Below, in pieces: positions 59,828 to 64,000 of a stretch of DNA of 64,000 nt. The stretch is from Candidatus Latescibacterota bacterium. Lineage in GTDB: Bacteria > Latescibacterota > UBA2968. The DNA is taken from positions 1,056,001 through 1,120,000 of the forward strand of contig OZ242010.1 of NCBI GenBank assembly GCA_965204745.1. Direction: 5' to 3'. Position 1 is the first letter of the stretch. Every line of letters starts with the position of its first letter. Below the pieces are notes generated by a model, which was given only the letters and a program-made list of their open reading frames with translations, searched no databases and was not told where the DNA came from. The translations under genes were made by a program, and so were the position numbers.

Positions 59828-61069
59828 TCAATTTTGCCCCAGAGGGCGCGGGCCTAAAATGAGCACTGTGCCCGGCATTGGGGGAAAGGCATCGAGGTAT
59901 TGCGGAATTTGGTCTAAGGCGACGGCGTCGATGCGGGCGGCGAGTTCGTCAATGGTTCGCACGCGGCCTTCGAGGAAGAAGCCCTCGATGAGGCCCGCGG
60001 CCCGGCCTTCGGGCAGGTCGCCCAGGGTGAAGAGGTGGCCTTTGAGCACGGTTTTGGCGCGGGCGAGTTCTTCGGCGGTGGCGTCTTTGCCCAAGCGCGT
60101 GAGTTCGGATTGGCACACGTCGAGGGTCTCTTGGGCGCGGTCCGCTGTGGTGCCCGCATAAACGGCCATGAGCCCGCCGCCGCGATAGGCTTGATAAAAG
60201 GCCGATACGCTGTACGCCAAGCCGCGTTTTTCCCGGACTTCGGTGAACAAGCGGCTCGACCCGCCGGCCGAGAGGATGGCAATGGCGAGTCGGCCTGCGT
60301 AATAGAGGTCGTGGCCTTTGGGAACACTGCGAGCGAGCAGGCAAATATGGGCTTGTTCAGAGGGCTTGCTTTGGTGAACGTTGCGGTTTGCAACCGAGAT
60401 AGGATGTGGTGCGCGCTGATCCGAGGGCGCGCTTGCCCAGCCGCCAAAAACATCGCGGATGGCCTCGATCAAGGGCGCGGATCGAAAACCGCCCGCGACT
60501 CCGATGAGCAGGTTGGATGGCTTGCAATGCTTTGCCCAATGCCGGCGCACATCCGCAGGCGCGATGGCAGAGACCGCGTCGGGTTCGCCCATCGGGGTTC
60601 GGCCCATGGGCGCGCCAAGCCCGGCTTTGTACGCCATGTACAGGGCTTGTTGGCTCGGGTTGTCCTCGAGGCGTTTGAGTTCTTCAAGGGTGATGCTTTT
60701 GGCAATTTCGACCTCGTCGTCCGGAAAAGACGCGCTGCGAAACAGATCGGCATAGAGTTCGAGGGCGGGCCTGACTTTGTCCGGCAGGACTTGCGCGACA
60801 AAGGACGTGCATTCGACCGATGTGGATGCACTGCGCCGGATGCCCAAACCGTCAAAGTCGTCGAAGATGGCGCGTGCGTCTCGGTCGGGCGTGCCCTTAA
60901 ACAACACGTCTTCGGCAATGCGCGAGATGCCCAATCTGTCGCCGGGATCGTCTTTCGCACCAAAGGCAAAGCAAAACACCACCACGAGCGATTGCGCCCC
61001 CGGCATGGGTTCAAGGACGACGCGAATGCCATTGTCAAGGGTGTGAATTTCAGGCGTAGAGCCAGACAT
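59828..61069 (-). CDS. M16 peptidase family protein, probably a non-catalytic subunit
   Basis: TLDNGIRV, SSRLFTEVREKRGLAYSV; HxxEH replaced by RIAED. Confidence 0.85.
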   Translation of the reverse strand: MSGSTPEIHTLDNGIRVVLEPMPGAQSLVVVFCFAFGAKDDPGDRLGISRIAEDVLFKGTPDRDARAIFDDFDGLGIRRSASTSVECTSFVAQVLPDKVRPALELYADLFRSASFPDDEVEIAKSITLEELKRLEDNPSQQALYMAYKAGLGAPMGRTPMGEPDAVSAIAPADVRRHWAKHCKPSNLLIGVAGGFRSAPLIEAIRDVFGGWASAPSDQRAPHPISVANRNVHQSKPSEQAHICLLARSVPKGHDLYYAGRLAIAILSAGGSSRLFTEVREKRGLAYSVSAFYQAYRGGGLMAVYAGTTADRAQETLDVCQSELTRLGKDATAEELARAKTVLKGHLFTLGDLPEGRAAGLIEGFFLEGRVRTIDELAARIDAVALDQIPQYLDAFPPMPGTVLILGPRPLGQN

Positions 61070-61309
61070 GAGTACCTCAAAGAAAAGTATCCGCGGATAG
61101 AAAATCACAATGTAGTGGCGACGCCTCCGTGCTCGCCTGATGGTGAAATTTACGCGATGTTGCTATTGACCGCAACGTGAAAATCAGCAATTAGCCCTCG
61201 CGTCCGCCTGATGAACTGCAAAATTCGACCTTGCTTTTCGCACGTTTTTTGAGTAATCTTAGCAGGAGAGTTGTGTCGTTCACCCCACCATCCCACGAGG
61301 AGACGTATC

Positions 61310-62239
61310 ATGACAGATGCAGAGAAGATCGCGCAACACGAACAGAAACTCGCCGATCAGGATCAGCGGCTCATCGCCATCGAGAAGAACGGGGCAGTGA
61401 TCGGCGACCAAGTCAAGCAGAACGCGAAAGAAATTCGCCGCGTAGAGGAGCAGACGATGGATCGCTTTGAGCTCCTGATGCACCAGATGAACGCAGGCTT
61501 TGCGCGCGTGGAGAACCATATTGATCGCGTGGAGACTGGTTTGAAAGAGGAAATCAACCGCGTGGAGACCGGCTTGAAGGAGGAAATTAACCGCGTGGAG
61601 ACCCGTGTTATCCATGTGGAAAAGACTTTGAAGGAGGACATCAGCCGCGTGGAGACTGGCTTGAAGAAAGAAATCAACCAGGTGGAAACTGGCTTGAAGG
61701 AAGAGATTAACCGCGTGGAGACTGGCTTGAAGGAAGAAATCAATCAGGTGGAGACTGGCTTGAAGGAAGAGATTACCCGCGTGGAGACTGGCTTGAAGGA
61801 GGACATCAACCGCGTGGAGACTGGCTTGAAAAAAGAAATCAACCAGGTGGAGACTGGCTTGAAGGAAGAAATCAACCGCGTGGAGACCCGTGTTATACAT
61901 GTGGAAAAGACTTTGAAGGAGGACATCAATCGCGTGGAGACTGGCTTGAAGGAAGAAATCAACCAGGTGGAAACTGGCTTGAAGGAGGAGATTACCCGCG
62001 TGGAGACTGGCTTGAAGGAAGAAATCAACCATGCGGAGACTGGCTTGAAGGACGAGATCAACCGCGTGGATACCCATGTTATCCAGGTGGAGGCCGGCTT
62101 GAAGAATGACATCAATCGCGTGGAGACGAATTTAAAGAATGACATCAACCGCGTGCAGGAGCAAACCATCAAATGGCTGTCATTGATCATTGCGTTTGCG
62201 GTTATCATTATCGGTGCGTTGACATACATCAAAGAATAA
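61310..62239 (+). CDS. Tandem-repeat coiled-coil protein with C-terminal TM anchor
   Basis: GAGGAG RBS; 17 hendecad (VETGLKEEINR) and 3 heptad units; KWLSLIIAFAVIIIGAL tail. Confidence 0.85.
   Translation: MTDAEKIAQHEQKLADQDQRLIAIEKNGAVIGDQVKQNAKEIRRVEEQTMDRFELLMHQMNAGFARVENHIDRVETGLKEEINRVETGLKEEINRVETRVIHVEKTLKEDISRVETGLKKEINQVETGLKEEINRVETGLKEEINQVETGLKEEITRVETGLKEDINRVETGLKKEINQVETGLKEEINRVETRVIHVEKTLKEDINRVETGLKEEINQVETGLKEEITRVETGLKEEINHAETGLKDEINRVDTHVIQVEAGLKNDINRVETNLKNDINRVQEQTIKWLSLIIAFAVIIIGALTYIKE
61529..62152 (+). repeat. Intragenic 33-bp tandem repeat with 21-bp interruptions
   Basis: GTGGAGACTGGCTTGAAGGAAGAAATCAACCGC variants. Confidence 0.92.
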
Positions 62240-62536
62240 GCGGCTGGCCCCCGTTACTCGCTCCGCTACATGAAGGTGGAAGAACATCTTCCCGTCTCGG
62301 AGATGGGCCGAGGGTAAGCAACAGAGTGGCCCTATTCACCATCAAAACACCGCCCCATCCGAGGTCGCACAAGCGATTTCAGATGGGGTGCTTTTTTGTA
62401 TCTTTGAGCGCGCACGGGGACATCGCCTCTACACGCGACTCGCCTTTTGTGTTTTTGTGCCTTTGAACTGGCTGTCGCCAGTTGTACCCCTTTTGTGCCT
62501 TTTGTGGCTATCCATCTCACTTCTCAGGAGATTTCC

Positions 62537-63529
62537 ATGATCATCACAGTTGAAAATTTGCGTGCGTTGTGTCAGTCTATTTTGATCGAGCGCGGGCTTG
62601 ACGCGGCAGACGCGCATGTCGTGACCGATATTTTGATCGAAGCCGAGTTGCGCGGGCGATCCACGCATGGAATGATTCGGTTGCCCGGCATTGTCGAGCG
62701 CGTTTCGCAGGGTGCTTCCGTGCCGATAGTCACGGTCGACGAGGCAGGGGCTTACGCGCTGATCGATGGGCAGGGCAATTTGGGGTATCTCGTGGCGCAT
62801 CGGTGTGCGTGCGTTGCGATTGACAAGGCCAAACAGAGCGGGGTGGGGGTCATCGGGGCGCGCAATACGAGTCACAGCGGGATGCTCGGATACTACGCGT
62901 CGATGATCGCCGATGCCGGGCTGGTGGGCTTGGTGATGTGCAACACCGGCCCGCGCATTGTCCCGTGGGGTGGGCGCGAACCGGTGCTCGGAACAAATCC
63001 CATTGCCGCGGGGTTTCCGTCCGCAGAGGGCCAGGTCTTGGTGGATTTTTCGTGCGCGGCGATTACCAATGGCGAGATTTTGATCGCGCTCAAAGATGGC
63101 AAAGCCATTCCCGCAGGGCGTGCGCTGGGGCCGGATGGCGAGCCGACAACCGATCCGGAACAAGCGCGCAGGGGCGGGGCATTGCCGTTTGGCGAACACA
63201 AGGGGTACGCACTCGGCGTGCTGATTCAGCTTTTTACCGGCGCATTGCTCGCTGCGGATCCCGTGCCCGAGATGGGCGGGAATTACGGGATTTTTGTGCT
63301 GGGCGTCGATCCGCGCATTTTCTTGGGGATCGATGCGTTTCGAGTAGGCGTGGCTGAGGTCGTGCGTGCGATTAAGAACGCGCTACCCGTGGCCGGAGTC
63401 CCCGAGGTTTTGGTGCCTGGGGAACGCGCATTCCGGGAGCGTGCGACGCGGATTCGGGCGGGTATCGCAATAGACGCCGAGCTGATGGCGGAGTTGGAAA
63501 GGCTACAACCGGCATCCGGCGATGTGTAG
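62537..63529 (+). CDS. Ldh_2 family oxidoreductase (malate/L-sulfolactate dehydrogenase-like)
   Basis: RG.STHG, SHSGMLGYY, GTNPIA, HKGYAL, VPGE. Confidence 0.9.
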   Translation: MIITVENLRALCQSILIERGLDAADAHVVTDILIEAELRGRSTHGMIRLPGIVERVSQGASVPIVTVDEAGAYALIDGQGNLGYLVAHRCACVAIDKAKQSGVGVIGARNTSHSGMLGYYASMIADAGLVGLVMCNTGPRIVPWGGREPVLGTNPIAAGFPSAEGQVLVDFSCAAITNGEILIALKDGKAIPAGRALGPDGEPTTDPEQARRGGALPFGEHKGYALGVLIQLFTGALLAADPVPEMGGNYGIFVLGVDPRIFLGIDAFRVGVAEVVRAIKNALPVAGVPEVLVPGERAFRERATRIRAGIAIDAELMAELERLQPASGDV

Positions 63530-63540
63530 CGGATTTGGCC

Positions 63541-63569
63541 TTGACAGTCCGATTTGGGTTGGCTACTTT
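63541..63569 (+). promoter_or_regulatory. Sigma70-type promoter for dapA
   Basis: TTGACA-N17-TACTTT. Confidence 0.6.
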
Positions 63570-63678
63570 GATTGCAAGGGCAGATCGATGAAACTTTCGC
63601 GGCAACGACACAGGGGGCGATAGATCGTTCCGCGCCCTTGCGATGCCAGCGTTTTTTGTTCAAAAACTGGAGGTTGCG

Positions 63679-64000
63679 ATGTTAAAAGGATGTCATACGG
63701 CGTTGATCACTCCCCTGACCGCCGATCATGCGCTGGATCATGGCGGTCTGGAACAATTGGTGGCGTTTCAGATCGCCGAAGGCATAGACGGCGTGTTGGC
63801 CTGTGGCACCACGGCGGAGAGTCCCACCCTGAGCGAAGACGAGCAGAATTTGATTACGCGCGTGGTGTGCCGCCAAGCCAAAGAACAATGTCGCGCCATT
63901 GGCGGCGCGGGCAGCAATTCGACGGCGAAGACCCTCAAAGCCGCCGAATACGCCGCGCAAGAAGGGGCAGACGCCATCTTGCTGGTGGATCCCTATTACA
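63679..64000 (+). CDS. dapA: 4-hydroxy-tetrahydrodipicolinate synthase family (partial, runs off the window)
   Basis: GGAGG RBS; TALITP...CGTTAESPTL...GAGSNST...PYY. Confidence 0.85.
   Translation, partial: MLKGCHTALITPLTADHALDHGGLEQLVAFQIAEGIDGVLACGTTAESPTLSEDEQNLITRVVCRQAKEQCRAIGGAGSNSTAKTLKAAEYAAQEGADAILLVDPYY

Overview
Bacterial chromosomal window of roughly 60% GC (visual estimate). Gene content suggests an FCB-group, Latescibacterota/Gemmatimonadota-like lineage, possibly a marine or sponge symbiont. This is an inference from DUF2723, DUF5683, a short RpoD-like sigma factor, Calx-beta/dockerin surface proteins, a sulfatase, a PhyH dioxygenase and a BMC protein. Housekeeping and catabolic genes include rmlA, kdgK-eda-ROK kinase, trmB, guaB, TPR-exbB-exbD-exbD-tonB-TPR, uppP and dapA. 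They are interspersed with many short repeats (GTAG-REPs, a ~230-bp palindromic MITE-like family, heptamer arrays). No rRNA, tRNA, CRISPR array or intact transposase was recognised. Highlights: (1) a ~400-nt, compositionally distinct, highly base-paired candidate ncRNA between the two exbD genes; (2) a sulfurtransferase whose catalytic Cys codon is an in-frame UGA (likely selenoprotein); (3) an inverted pair of mosaic adhesin-like genes, one with a C20 tract in an in-frame leader, each followed by a coupled 64-aa dockerin/EF-hand mini-gene; (4) a tandem array of three 40-aa single-TM microproteins behind a 75-aa membrane protein, inserted between kdgK and eda; (5) four GT-C glycosyltransferases resembling eukaryotic mannosyltransferases, one of which took its start from the DUF167 gene.
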